A DNA stretch of 64,000 nt from Macrostomum lignano (taxonomy: Eukaryota): the NCBI GenBank assembly GCA_002269645.1, contig NIVC01000130.1:1-64000 (forward strand). Direction: 5' to 3'. A program made the position numbers and the translations under genes. Positions 10,701 through 22,753 of this stretch are shown here, piece by piece. The notes under the pieces are model-generated. The model saw only the letters and a program-made list of their open reading frames with translations, was not told the origin of the DNA and ran no database searches. Numbering within the stretch: the first letter of the stretch is position 1; each line of letters starts with the position of its first letter.

Positions 10701-12005
10701 AATTGTCTCAATGCAAGTATTTGAAAGTATTCTAAACTGTCGTTTGTGTCTCACTCCCCATCTTTTGTTGATTGTCGGTAATTTATCGTTAATCGTTAAT
10801 TATCGGTAATTTATTTAATTATTCATCAAGACGTCAACACAGAAGTTCTTTGGTAAAAAAATTAGCAAAAAATGGATGCGGGGTTAAAAATTGGAAAAAT
10901 GAGCACCAGTGAAGCGCCAGGCACACGACCAGTTTTAATAAAGCTCTACAGGGGGGAGCAAGCAGGTAAGCATGCATACGAGTACACCCATCTCGACCCA
11001 CACCCACCCCAGCACAGAACACTGGTTTGTACTGCCTGTACGAAACTATGACGCTTAAGAAAAATTGTAGGCAATTTTAGGGTTGGCCAGTCCACCACAA
11101 TGACCGCCAGTCAGTCGCGATCAAGTACCCGAGTCATGACGCTCATGACCTTGCCTCATGATATTGTGTCAAGGATCTTACCTTTTTAGCTACTATTCGC
11201 GACACTGGTTGAATTGCCAGATTGCCTAAGATACTCGTATCTAGGGCGGATCACTGGCGCCGAATGTCTATTTAATATATTTTATCAATACCAAACGACC
11301 TGCGCGACCCAACAGTCACCTCTTATCACGAGTACTAATTACTTATATTAGTACTCTATTTTTTACTAAACTGATTGCTGATTAGACAGGAAACTAACGC
11401 ATTCCATTATGTTTGTTGTTCTATTACTGCTCGTGTTTTATTCTGCCCTCAGCTCCGTTCGACACTGCTTTGGCTGGCATGAAATGCAGCCTATTACTAT
11501 AAAGCACTCGATTCAGCAGGACGGGAATAGCTGCGGAGTGCTAGTGTGTAAATTCGCTGATTTGCTACTATCCGATAGCTCACTAAATATCAATTCGGCA
11601 CCAAGAGAGATGGCTCTGAGCCGTTTGGAATTGTGGAAAACTTTGCTCCTCAGGGCGGTTGACCAAGAAAATTTATGCTGGATGTGTGGAGAGAAAGAGG
11701 CGGCTTCACATGATGGTGCCTACGATAATTGGGTGAGTAGTATGCATTGGTTTGTAAGTTTTAGCGAAGATTATACCTTATGCGTACGAGTACGAAGCGT
11801 TATTACGATGTCGTAAATTTCGGAAATGTATCAAAAAGAGATTTCATAAAGGTATTGCTGAGCAGTGTTTTGGCAGTAAACTCACTCCAATTTAGATTTT
11901 TCCTTCTCCTTTCAGATACAGTGCGAAAAATGTTTCATCTGGTTCCACGAAGCGTGCATTCGACAATCATGCATTTCAACTTGTGTCTTCTGTGACAGGA
12001 TTTGA
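7445..12005 (+). CDS. Ulp1/SENP-like C48 cysteine protease + PHD finger, 5 exon segments of the MULE gene
   Basis: Spliced translation gives SWISVT|IINALLAAVA, NQHFMLLFVDLERHNVAVLDPL (His/Asp), QQDGNSCGVLVCKFA (Gln/Cys) and CWMC...DNW|IQCEKCFIWFHEAC...CVFC (PHD); all four junctions are phase-consistent. Confidence 0.85.
8208..8494 (-). repeat. 3' LTR of the Gypsy relic
   Basis: Begins TGTGATG right after PPT TTAGTGGGAAGGGG, contains TATATAG and AATAAA, ends ...ATTCACA (minus strand). Confidence 0.7.
8985..9627. mobile_element. Foldback-type non-autonomous DNA element inserted in the Gypsy RT
   Basis: Long imperfect inverted arms built of TTTGCCCGC / GCGGGCAAA subrepeats, CGGG...CCCG ends, TTCGAAA duplicated on both sides; removing it restores HPNSFEQRAEKQAQL. 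Confidence 0.85.
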
Positions 12006-14126
12006 CTTGCACTTTTGTGCAACTTTGTTACGAGGTGTATCCAAAATGAAAGAGTCTATCGATAATAATGGTTATGTGATTCATTTAACTTTAATTTATG
12101 TGGATATCAGAACGACAAATGCTTTTTTATGTTTCTTTCGGGCAGCATTTTTTGCATTAAGTATCCTCCGCCAAGACGTTTGCAATTCGGTATTCAACCC
12201 CCCATCCTCCTAGGATTGCAGATCTGGTGACGGTTTTATTAGCACGTTCCTAATTAGCATGTATACAAGCAGAATACCAGATTCGGAGACTCATTTTTAT
12301 CCTCTAGAAAAGTATCTGCTGGTGGTAAATTCGATATCAATTCGGCCCTAAATTGGGTGATCAATTTGATTACGGGCACTGTTGTCGGAATATTACCCAC
12401 TGCCGATGGCATCCTTTACCTGATTCGTTATGGTTCGTACCTGCTTTACCTTTGTAAGTCACGTGCTTCGTTTTTTTATTTTTGACACAGCCTTATTTTT
12501 TAACTATGATGAAAGCCTACAGTGCATTTATGGCAAGATAATAGCTGTATCCATACTGGTACTAGTGTACCATAGAGTTTAAACAATCATACTGAAGCAG
12601 TGCAACTAAAGACAAAATGTGATAGCACATATCATTACTAGACATGACTGCAATATCTGCGTATGGTATGCGCCCATTTGTGACCATACAGACGTAGACG
12701 TTTATTATGTAAGCAAGACTTTGTGGTCAAGAGCCGTTCCTGAATTCACTAGTGCCCGCTCTTGGCTATAGAATAAACAATCTTTAAAGTCGGTAAATAC
12801 CATGGTAGCTAGTAACGCTTTCTTCACAGACTTTATCATGCTATATTTTTCCGTTGTTTAATTGAAATTTTGTTTTCAACGTAAGCTGTAAATTTGAACT
12901 CGAAATAAATTTCGAAGTTTTTACCGATTGACATACGTGGCAATTAAAAATGTGTTGTTTGTGCATTTTAAGCAGCTAATTAATATTTCATAATTTAGTT
13001 ATTTGGGCCTAAAGGGCTTTCTATTGTAGTACAACAACACCAACACGTAAAGCAATTTTTTCTCTAGCGTACAATTTCTACAGTTTTTTATTCTGCACTT
13101 AAGGAGTTAAGCGCTTCCAAACCATGTTTTTTCTCTATGTATCCAAATATTTATTTTGCATTTGAACTTTCTTGTTTTTTTGCTACAATTTGCTACAATT
13201 GCTACACTTGCTACAATTATGGACAAGCATTTTTTTATTGCAATATTTTTGCTATTAAGTAAATTATTAAACATGCATCGTTAGATTTTTTCGGGCAAGT
13301 CCTGCCCTGTCTTTCCTTTAAAAAAATCGACTTTCTCTCAGTTTCCGTTCGTTTTATTTGCAACGAATAATGGATCACCAACGCAAAAATAATTAAAACA
13401 TCATTTTTTCACACACAAGAATTTACCAAAAGCAAAGCTAACTACAGGCAAGTTCAGCGCTTACAGACGCTGCCAGTCATAAGAATATAGACATCAAACT
13501 TTAGACAGGTTTATTTGTAACTCGGAATTTGTAGCGAGTGAATTAGAACGCAGTGGAATGAAATAATCTTGAAATGATCTATGGCCAAATCTCCACTGTT
13601 TTACACATGGACATCGTGCAGGAATGACACTCTCCGTTCCTGCACGCAAACAATTTATTTAAAATTGTACGCAAATGTATGGGGAGGAGAGAGAATGTAT
13701 ACAGAGTGTGGAGGTAGGAAAGAGAGAGGGGGTTAAAAATAAATCGATTTTTGTGATTTTTTATTTCACGCCGACATAAAATTAATTCAGTGAAGGGGGA
13801 GAAAAACTCTAATAAGAATGAAATTCATGAACGCTTACTCGTGCGTCTATGGCCAAAGCACAAGTGCACTGGTCTGTCTCTGGTGTTTCTCTAGTCTGTC
13901 TCTGGCCTGTCTCCGCACACTTGTGCTTTTCCCATTGACGCACTCGTAAGCGTTCAAGAATTATACATTCCTGCACGACTGCCTTCATTCCCACGCGCTG
14001 GCTCAAATAAGAATTATTATAGTGGAAACGAGATTAGAAAGGTTGTAACTCTCGGCTCGGCTCGGCTAGCCTCGGCTTTATTTGATTGAGACAGTAACGA
14101 CAAATAGAGTATTGTCTATCTATGGT

Positions 14127-14947
14127 CAAGAGGGTTGTAGTGATGGGTTTCGACCTTCGGGCTCCTTGTTAGGGAAGCCTTCGGGCCTCAGGCTCAGAAA
14201 TAAATCACTTAGAGACCTGGCCCCCCCACTCCTGTCAGATGGTCAGCCCCATGGTAGCTTGATCGTGTGGCGAGCAGTCTAGGTCCTATAGCTAAGAGAG
14301 GGACAGCGAGGGACGAGCAGGGAGAATTTGAAGGTATAAATCACTTAATCCGCAGATTAGCTAACTCGCTGCCACCATCCCGTACGCCCTGGCTCACCAC
14401 ACCGGGGCTCTCGAAATCGGGCTTCCGACTAGAAGGGGCTTTGCACTTACCTTCCCTAGTGTCTTTTTGTTGTCAATCTCGAAGTCATAGCCGATGATAA
14501 GGGACACTGCTGGGACTGGATCGCATTGGCCATGCAGGTACAGAGGGGACTTGAGCAGCGGATTCTTGCAGTGGCGAGTCTATGGGGTAGCTACATGTAC
14601 TATTACATTGCTAAATACGAAGATGTGTACTTTTGGCCTTCAACGCGCCAACTAGCCTCTCCTAGCGCTGATAATAGGCTAACTCGAACTTCAGAGACCT
14701 CGCATGATTCATTACCCGAGCCGCTTGGCGAACCTAAAGTGCACAGAGTACATCTCTGGCGCCGATTCTGCACTTCTGGCAGTTTTGCTCACTGATTTGA
14801 TAGATAGACTGAGAACTGCCTTGCCATTTGTCCACTGTGACCGGCGCCTACTAGCTTAGCTACTCATCTGAGCCATCGGCAAACAAAGAAATAAAACCGA
14901 TTAAAATAACTGTTAGATTTAACCTTCTTAAATCACTTCACACTTCA
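14127..14947 (+). mobile_element. Possible solo LTR
   Basis: GC-richer ~820-bp block starting TGTAGTG, with TATAAA (~14336), AATAAA (~14890) and ending CTTCACA; no TSD found. Confidence 0.35.
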
Positions 14948-15082
14948 CATTGAATTAGAGTTTCAGACTACTAGCAGTATTATTGAATGACTTCTGCCTC
15001 AGCAACAGCACTACTAAACAAAATGAGCAAAAGTGTGCGCCTAATTCAGCTACTGAACCAGTTGACAGATAAGGGGTCACCC

Positions 15083-18000
15083 ATGCTTCGTCCCGACAGT
15101 TAATGCTTCGTCCCGACAGTAAAATTTGGCCATATCCCGACAGTTAATGCTTTTTCCCGACAATTATATTCGGCCATATCCCGACAGTCATTGCTTCGTG
15201 CCGACAGTTAATGCTTCGTCCTGACAGTTAAATTCGGCCATATCCCGACAGTTAATGCTTCATCCCGGCAGTTAAATTCGGCCATATCCCGACAGTTAAT
15301 GCTTCGTCCCGACAGTTTATGCTTTGTCCCGACAGTTAATGCTTCGTCCCGACAGTTAAATTCGGCCATATCCCGACAGTTAATGCTTCGTCCCGACAGT
15401 TAAATTCGGCCATATCCCGACAGTTAATGCTTCGTCCCGACAGTTAATGCTTCGTCCCGACAGTTAATGCTTTGTCCCGACAGTTAATGCTTCATCCCGA
15501 CAGTTAAATACGGCCATATCCCGACAGTTAATGCTTCGTCCCGACAGTTAATGCTTTGTCCCGACAGTTAATGCTTCGTCCCGACAGTTAAATTCGGCCA
15601 TATCCCGACAGTTAATGCTTCGTCCCGACAGTTAATGCTTCGTCCCGACAGTAAAATTCGGCCATATCCCGACAGTTAATGCTTCGTCCCGACAGTTTAT
15701 GCTTCGTCCTGACAGTTAAATTCGGCCATATCCCGACAGTTAATGCTTCGTCCCGACAGTTAATGCTTCGTCCCGACAGTTAAATTCGGCCATATTCCTA
15801 CAGTTAATGCTTCGTCCCGACAGTTAATGCTTTGTCCCGACAGTTAATGCTTCGTCCCGACAGTTAATGCTTTGTCCCGACAGTTAATGCTTGATCCCGA
15901 CAGTTAAATTCGGCCATATCCCGACAGTTAATGCTTCGTCCCGACAGTTAAATTCGGCCATATCCCGACAGTTAATGCTTCGTCCCGACAGTTAATGCTT
16001 CGTCCCGACAGTTAAATTCGGCCATATCCCTACAGTTAATGCTTCGTCCCGACAGTTAATGCTTTGTCCCGACAGTTAATGCTTCGTCCCGACAGTTAAT
16101 GCTTCGTCCTGACAGTTAATGCTTCGTCCCGACAGTTAATGCTTCGTCCCGACAGTTAATGCTTCGTCCCGACAGTTAATGCTTCGTCCCGACAGTTAAT
16201 GCTTCGTCCCGACAGTAAAATTCGGCCATATCCCGACAGTTAATGCTTCGTCCCGACAGTTAATGCTTCGTCCCGACAGTTAATGCTTCGTCCCGACAGT
16301 TAATGCTTTGTCCCGACAGTTAATGCTTCATCCCGACAGTTAAATTCGGCCATATCCCGACAGTTAATGCTTCGTCCCGACAGTTTATGCTTTGTCCCGA
16401 CAGTTAATGCTTCGTCCCGACAGTTAAATTCGGCCATATCCCGACAGTTAATGCTTCGTCCCGACAGTTTATGCTTTGTCCCGACAGTTAATGCTTCATC
16501 CCGACAGTTAAATTCGGCCATATCCCGACAGTTAATGCTTCGTCCCGACAGTTTATGCTTTGTCCCGACAGTTAATGCTTCGTCCCGACAGTTAAATTCG
16601 GCCATATCCCGACAGTTAATGCTTCGTCCCGACAGTTTATGCTTTGTCCCGACAGTTAATGCTTCATCCCGACAGTTAAATTCGGCCATATCCCGACAGT
16701 TAATGCTTCGTCCCGACAGTTTATGCTTTGTCCCGACAGTTAATGCTTCGTCCCGACAGTTAAATTCGGCCATATCCCGACAGTTAATGCTTCGTCCCGA
16801 CAGTTAATGCTTCGTCCCGACAGTAAAATTCGGCCATATCCCGACAGTTAATGCTTCGTCCCGACAGTTTATGCTTCGTCCTGACAGTTAAATTCGGCCA
16901 TATCCCGACAGTTAATGCTTCGTCCCGACAGTTAATGCTTCGTCCCGACAGTTAAATTCGGCCATATCCCTACAGTTAATGCTTCGTCCCGACAGTTAAT
17001 GCTTTGTCCCGACAGTTAATGCTTCGTCCCGACAGTTAATGCTTTGTCCCGACAGTTAATGCTTGATCCCGACAGTTAAATTCGGCCATATCCCGACAGT
17101 TAATGCTTCGTCCCGACAGTTAAATTCGGCCATATCCCGACAGTTAATGCTTCGTCCCGACAGTTAATGCTTCGTCCCGACAGTTAAATTCGGCCATATC
17201 CCTACAGTTAATGCTTCGTCCCGACAGTTAATGCTTCGTCCCGACAGTTAAATTCGGCCATATCCCGACAGTTAATGCTTTGTCCCGACAGTTAATGCTT
17301 CGTCCCGACAGTTAAATTCGGCCATATCCCGACAGTTAATGCTTCGTCCCGACAGTTAATGCTTCGTCCCGACAGTTAATGCTTCGTCCCGACAGTAAAA
17401 TTCGGCCATATCCCGACAGTTAATGCTTCGTCCCGACAGTTAATGCTTCGTCCCGACAGTTAATGCTTCGTCCCGACAGTTAATGCTTTGTCCCGACAGT
17501 TAATGCTTCATCCCGACAGTTAAATTCGGCCATATCCCGACAGTCAATGCTTCGTCCCGACAGTTTATGCTTTGTCCCGACAGTTAATGCTTCGTCCCGA
17601 CAGTTAAATTCGGCCATATCCCGACAGTTAATGCTTCGTCCCGACAGTTAATGCTTCGGCCCGACAGTTAATGCTTCGTCCCGACAGTAAAATTCGGCCA
17701 TATCCCGACAGTTAATGCTTCGTCCCGACAGTTAATGCTTCGTCCTGACAGTTAAATTAGGCCATATCCCGACAGTTAATGCTTCGTCCCGACAGTTAAT
17801 GCTTCGTCCCGACAGTAAAATTCGGCCATATCCCGACAGTTAATGCTTTGTCCCGACAGTTATATTCGGCCATATCCCGACAGTTAATGATTCGTCCCGA
17901 CAGTTAATGCTTCGTCCTGACAGTTAAATTCGGCCATATCCCGACAGTTAATGCTTCGTCCCGACAGTTAATGCTTTGTCCCGACAGTTAATGCTTCATC

Positions 18001-18622
18001 CCGACAGTTAAATACGGCCATATCCCGACAGTTAATGCTTCGTCCCGACAGTTAATGCTTTGTCCCGACAGTTAATGCTTCGTCCCGACAGTTAAATTCG
18101 GCCATATCCCGACAGTTAATGCTTCGTCCCGACAGTTAATGCTTCGTCCCGACAGTAAAATTCGGCCATATCCCGACAGTTAATGCTTCGTCCCGACAGT
18201 TTATGCTTCGTCCTGACAGTTAAATTCGGCCATATCCCGACAATTAATGCTTCGTCCCGACAGTTAATGCTTCGTCCTGACAGTTAAATTCGGCCATATT
18301 CCTACAGTTAATGCTTCGTCCCGACAGTTAATGCTTTGTCCCGACAGTTTATGCTTCGTCCCGACAGTTAATGCTTTGTCCCGACAGTTAATGCTTGATC
18401 CCGACAGTTAAATTCGGCCATATCCCGACAGTTAATGCTTCGTCCCGACAGTTAAATTCGGCCATATCCCGACAGTTAATGCTTCGTCCCGACAGTTAAT
18501 GCTTCGTCCCGACAGTTAAATTCGGCCATATCCCTACAGTTAATGCTTCGTCCCGACAGTTAATGCTTTGTCCCGACAGTTAATGCTTCGTCCCGACAGT
18601 TAATGCTTCGTCCCGACAGTTA
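15083..18622 (+). repeat. Satellite segment 1: mixed 20-bp and 24-bp monomers
   Basis: Units CCCGACAGTTAATGCTTCGT (20) and CCCGACAGTTAAATTCGGCCATAT (24) interspersed, with 84-bp (3x20+24) periodic stretches. Confidence 0.98.
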
Positions 18623-20232
18623 CCCTAGACTCCAATCATGGATTATCCATGCATGGTCCATGATTACATGCATAAACCATGCATGACCATGTTGTTTCCA
18701 TGCATGGACTCTTTTTTGTCCCATCGATATCCCATGCATGGCTTTAGAATTTAAATTGTTCGAGAATGTTACTGAAAATGAACGTAGCACAGAAAAGGCA
18801 TTTATTAAAAAAGTTGATCTGTGGTGACCGGAATACCATTTCATCTTCACTTAAAATTAGAGTTGTGTTTTTTTGTTATTTCTTCTTACGCAAATCTGCA
18901 CAAATCATAATGAAAACACTAAAATGAATGGTGCGCTGAAATGGAATTATCTTAGTATCGTACTATGTTAGGCCTATAATATAGTACGGTACAGCCGGTA
19001 CTTTAAAGCTTTCAGCTCTGTGTTTCAAACTTTATTGTTGTCTGCAAAGAGTAGGCCTAGAATTCTCAATTCTTCTATTTTGTAATATTGTACTTCAACT
19101 GCAATTTGTTTGCTAATGAACTTTAGTTATATATTCATATCTATGTATATTATCTACAATAGCTTTATTGATGCATTAATATTGGTATTGACTATTGCCA
19201 TTGTTAAATGCCAAGTTGATGCCAATATGATGAATGAATATAATTTTGTATGCCTTGCCTTTGTGAAGCTTAGTAATATTAATACACCTATATTTATTGG
19301 CTAATGGCTATGTAACATTTGACTCACTAAGATGTTGCCCTTGTGGCCCTGTAATATATGGCCTAGGCCTAATATATTATAGGGCCCACATAGGGCTAGG
19401 CCTATATCATATAGGTTCCTTAGGCACTAGGCCTAATCTTTGATTTAATATAGACTAGGCCTATACTAGGCTCTATGCAGTATAAACATATTTATAAGGC
19501 CTTATCTATGAGATATATGAGTAGGCCTATGACAATAAAGCATATTGTTATCATTACTTATATATTATTTTACTTTTTATGAATTTAGAATTGTCCTTAA
19601 AAAATCAATTTATTTCTAGGGTCAAGAATAGACCCAAAGGCAAAATAGAGGCTAGGGGCTATTATTATGGTCTAGATTAGGCCTAGTCTTTATTAATAAT
19701 AATATTAGGCTACTATTAGGACTACTTGGCATGTCATATATTTTAGAATCTAGACCATCTTCAAAGGTGGATACCTAATAAAGGAGACAAAAGAAATCTG
19801 CTTCCTATTCTAATTTACATCAGTAAATATAAAGTAATAAGAATATGCAATGTCTAAGCTTAAACAAAGTTTTAATTCTCTTGACCTATGGCATTTTATT
19901 TCTCTTTCCCAAACCAACATAGGTCTCCACATTTGGTATATGCATTATATTATATTATTAGTGTAACAAAACTATGGCAAATTGCCTTTTTTGCTCAGGC
20001 ATCTACTTTTCAATGTGGCTATATACATACACACACATATATATGTGTAGCTATACATAGCTGTAATAAATATGCTGGAATGAAATGCAGAAATATTTAG
20101 ATTGTTTTTATATGCTTAAATGCCATTGAGATTTTGGACTGACTATTCGTCATCTTACTTTGTTTTGGATGCGGTAGTCTGGTATCTGGTTTATAATTAG
20201 GTATCTATGCATGGCATTTGCCTCTTTGGTCT

Positions 20233-20530
20233 CATACATGCGCAACAGTTGGCCGAGTCGGCCGATCCGGCCGACTGATTTGGCAGCCAACCAAGGAAGT
20301 CGCAAAAATGCCCACCCAAAAAAATACCCCCGTAGTAGTACTAAGTAGCTGACGAGGCATTTTTGCCTGATAAGACAGTTATAGTTACTCCCGCCGTTTA
20401 CCCAAAGTTGCGTTAATTTTGCTTTGGGGTTTTTTTACATGTAAGTCGCATTTTTGGCCAAAAACTACGTCGCATTTTTGTTAAAACTAAGTCGCACGGC
20501 CGACCGAATTTTGGACGTTGCGCATGTATG
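20233..20530 (+). mobile_element. MITE, CATACATGCGCAAC family, 8-bp TSD
   Basis: TIR CATACATGCGCAAC...GTTGCGCATGTATG; perfect TSD TTTGGTCT (20225-32 / 20531-38). An 8-bp TSD suggests hAT- or P-type mobilisation. Confidence 0.92.
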
Positions 20531-20624
20531 TTTGGTCTAGTGACTTTATGACTTTCAAAAAGTTTTTCCCTTATAGAAAATCATTTACCTAGGCAATTTT
20601 ATACTTCAGAATGTGATTTAAGTC

Positions 20625-22576
20625 ATGGCTTCTACCCGAAGGACTTCAAAGACGCCTTCAAGATTTACAACTGACTATTCATCAACCTTCTATTGCTTCA
20701 TTTTGCATTCAGTAGCACATGATGAACAATATGTTTCTATTTCTTTTGGTTCACCATATTGGCCAAGGTCTATGACTGATGAAGATAAGATTCAATTGAT
20801 ACAAGTAAGAGAATTGTTTGATTTTTTAAAAAAATTAATCAAAAAAATTAATTTATTAATAATAAACCAGATTTCTTTTTTTCCTATTTTTAGGGAAACA
20901 AAGTGTTTCTTCACATGTATGGTAAGCTCTTTGCTGCTACCCTAGTAGCAAAGGGAACAGAGCGCCATATCACTTCTGCCATGAACCAACTTTCAAACTT
21001 GGTTAGTGAGGCAGAGAATACAGATAGCCTTATAGAACAGGCAATTGAGCATTTTCGGAAGAGTGACTCAACATCAAAGTTGAAGTCTACCTCTAACCAG
21101 CAGGCTATTGAGCCTAGTTCACATGACCATGACCTTCTGAATGACATGTATGACCTAGCTGGAGTAGATGATGAGCAACAAAGCTCATTCCTGGAATCAG
21201 TGCCTCAGCATATGGGTAAGAAACTCTTTGGGCTTCATCTTTAAAGATAGATAAAAATGTTTGCTTCTGATATTTTCATATTTCAATGAGAGCTTGTTTC
21301 CATTTTTAGCTAAAGTGGCTTCTGTTTTTGACAAGGAGGTTGGCATTGTAAGCAATGAAATTGCACAAGCTGCAAGCTTCATGGACTCAAGTTAGTACAA
21401 ATTCTGTTCATTTTTATAATTGTTCATGTTGACTAATGACAAATATTTTACTAATTAATGATTTTCTTGACTTAGATTATAAGGAGAAGTCATTTTTATT
21501 TAGAAGATCATTATACTCCTATTATATTTTATTGTTCATGTAATCTAAGGATACATCTATATTTTCCTCTTGTTATATCTAGGCAATGCTCTTGCTACAC
21601 AAGATGCAGCCAGTCACAATGCTGAATCTGTGTCAGGTAAAAATGGTTTCCATTGTGTTTTGCTGATTGTAAAAGTATTTAAAAATTAGTAAGCCTCATT
21701 AAGCTCATCTTTACTTTTAGACATCAAAGAGTTCATCCGGGCTGAGTTAATTGCACTTGAGAAGCGCCTAATGGCCAGGATGAGTCGCCTTCTAAGGAAG
21801 GATGTCAGCTTTGGTGGCCAGCTGACAATTAAGGAGTATCAAGATGAGGTAGCTCTGGTATTCTGAGTATTAGCAAATTTTACTTTTGGTTAACATACTT
21901 ATAGTTGTTTATATATACTGATTTTAGGAGTTCAGATGCATTGATGGATCTCTGGCTACTGTTTCATCAATTTTGTGTAACGACCCCAAGGTCTTCATTA
22001 AGCGCTACATCAAGCATCGCTTTGGTGAAGGGTACCTAATAGAGCACATTATCGACTCCTCCTCTGGGCGACGCAGTGCCCGGCGACCAGCTCCAGCTGA
22101 GCATGTGGCTGAATTTCAGCGTAATGTTATTTGTACTATGCTAATGCAATTCATTTAAAAAAACAGAAGTTTATGAGAACTTTATGTGAACTTTAAGAAC
22201 TTTATGAACTTTATGAACTTTAAGTTTATGTGAACTTTATCTTGCCAACAATTCTAAATTATAGAAAGATGAATTGTAAATTTGAATTTAGACCAGGAAC
22301 TGAGATCTAGACTCAATTTTAGTGTAATTAATTAAGAGGTGATTTTTAGGCATGCACCAATTTTGCAAATGGAGGGCATTTTCGTAATTGTAAGTATTAA
22401 GTTCAACCATTTCTATCCCCCAAATACTTCGTCTTCCAGGTCTTCTGCAGCTGTGCTACCGGACATCTGGCTTCAACTTCAGCGAAATATGGCAGTCTGT
22501 CCGCGATCATCTTAACCAGCTAGCCAGGGAAAAAACGCGTTCCAGGAAGCGATCTGCTGCTGAAGCAGCGGCCTAA
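20625..22576 (+). CDS. 7-exon accessory gene of the CMC element, 364 aa, unknown function (coiled coil + possible BEN-like C-terminus)
   Basis: Exons 20625-20804, 20894-21215, 21310-21390, 21583-21636, 21721-21848, 21928-22120, 22440-22576; all GT-AG, phases 0,1,1,1,0,1 consistent, 1095 nt with no internal stop, ends TAA. Confidence 0.85.
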
Positions 22577-22753
22577 GATTGTCGTTCTTCTCATGGACAT
22601 GGATGCATCCTCTATGCTGACTTCTTTTTGCATGTGCTTATTTTTTTCTACTACAATGTATTTCCTTTCATAATTTTGTCTGAAGTATTCAAAAATGCCT
22701 GGAATTCTCACTTGCTCTATAATCAAAAGTAATTAGTTCTTTTTCAACAAATT

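Larger units (their letters stand above)
4566..12005 (+). mobile_element. Mutator/MULE-superfamily (Rehavkus-like) gene: transposase + Ulp1 (C48) protease + PHD finger; spliced, with frame disruption in the repeat linker
   Basis: Transposase motifs HIDATGG, IDFSW, CSSH (CxxH) and TNAPVESWF in ORF 4566-7217. Downstream exons join in phase by GT-AG: ..8116 / 10297-10431 / 10534-10676 / 11453-11732 / 11916-12005 (TGA). Element termini not found. Confidence 0.8.

Noticed and set aside
4306-13800. TIRs/TSD for the MULE-Ulp1-PHD element
   Set aside because: Both flanks were compared by eye and no convincing inverted pair was found, so element boundaries are not reported.
16300-16807. Repeat-protein ORFs (157 aa minus, 146 aa plus)
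   Set aside because: By-products of the 84-bp satellite period with no unique sequence; the same applies to ORFs at 30876-31730 and 33952-34771.
15083-18622. CENP-B box in the satellite (TTCG-containing monomer)
   Set aside because: TTCG is not followed by the required A and CGGG spacing on either strand.
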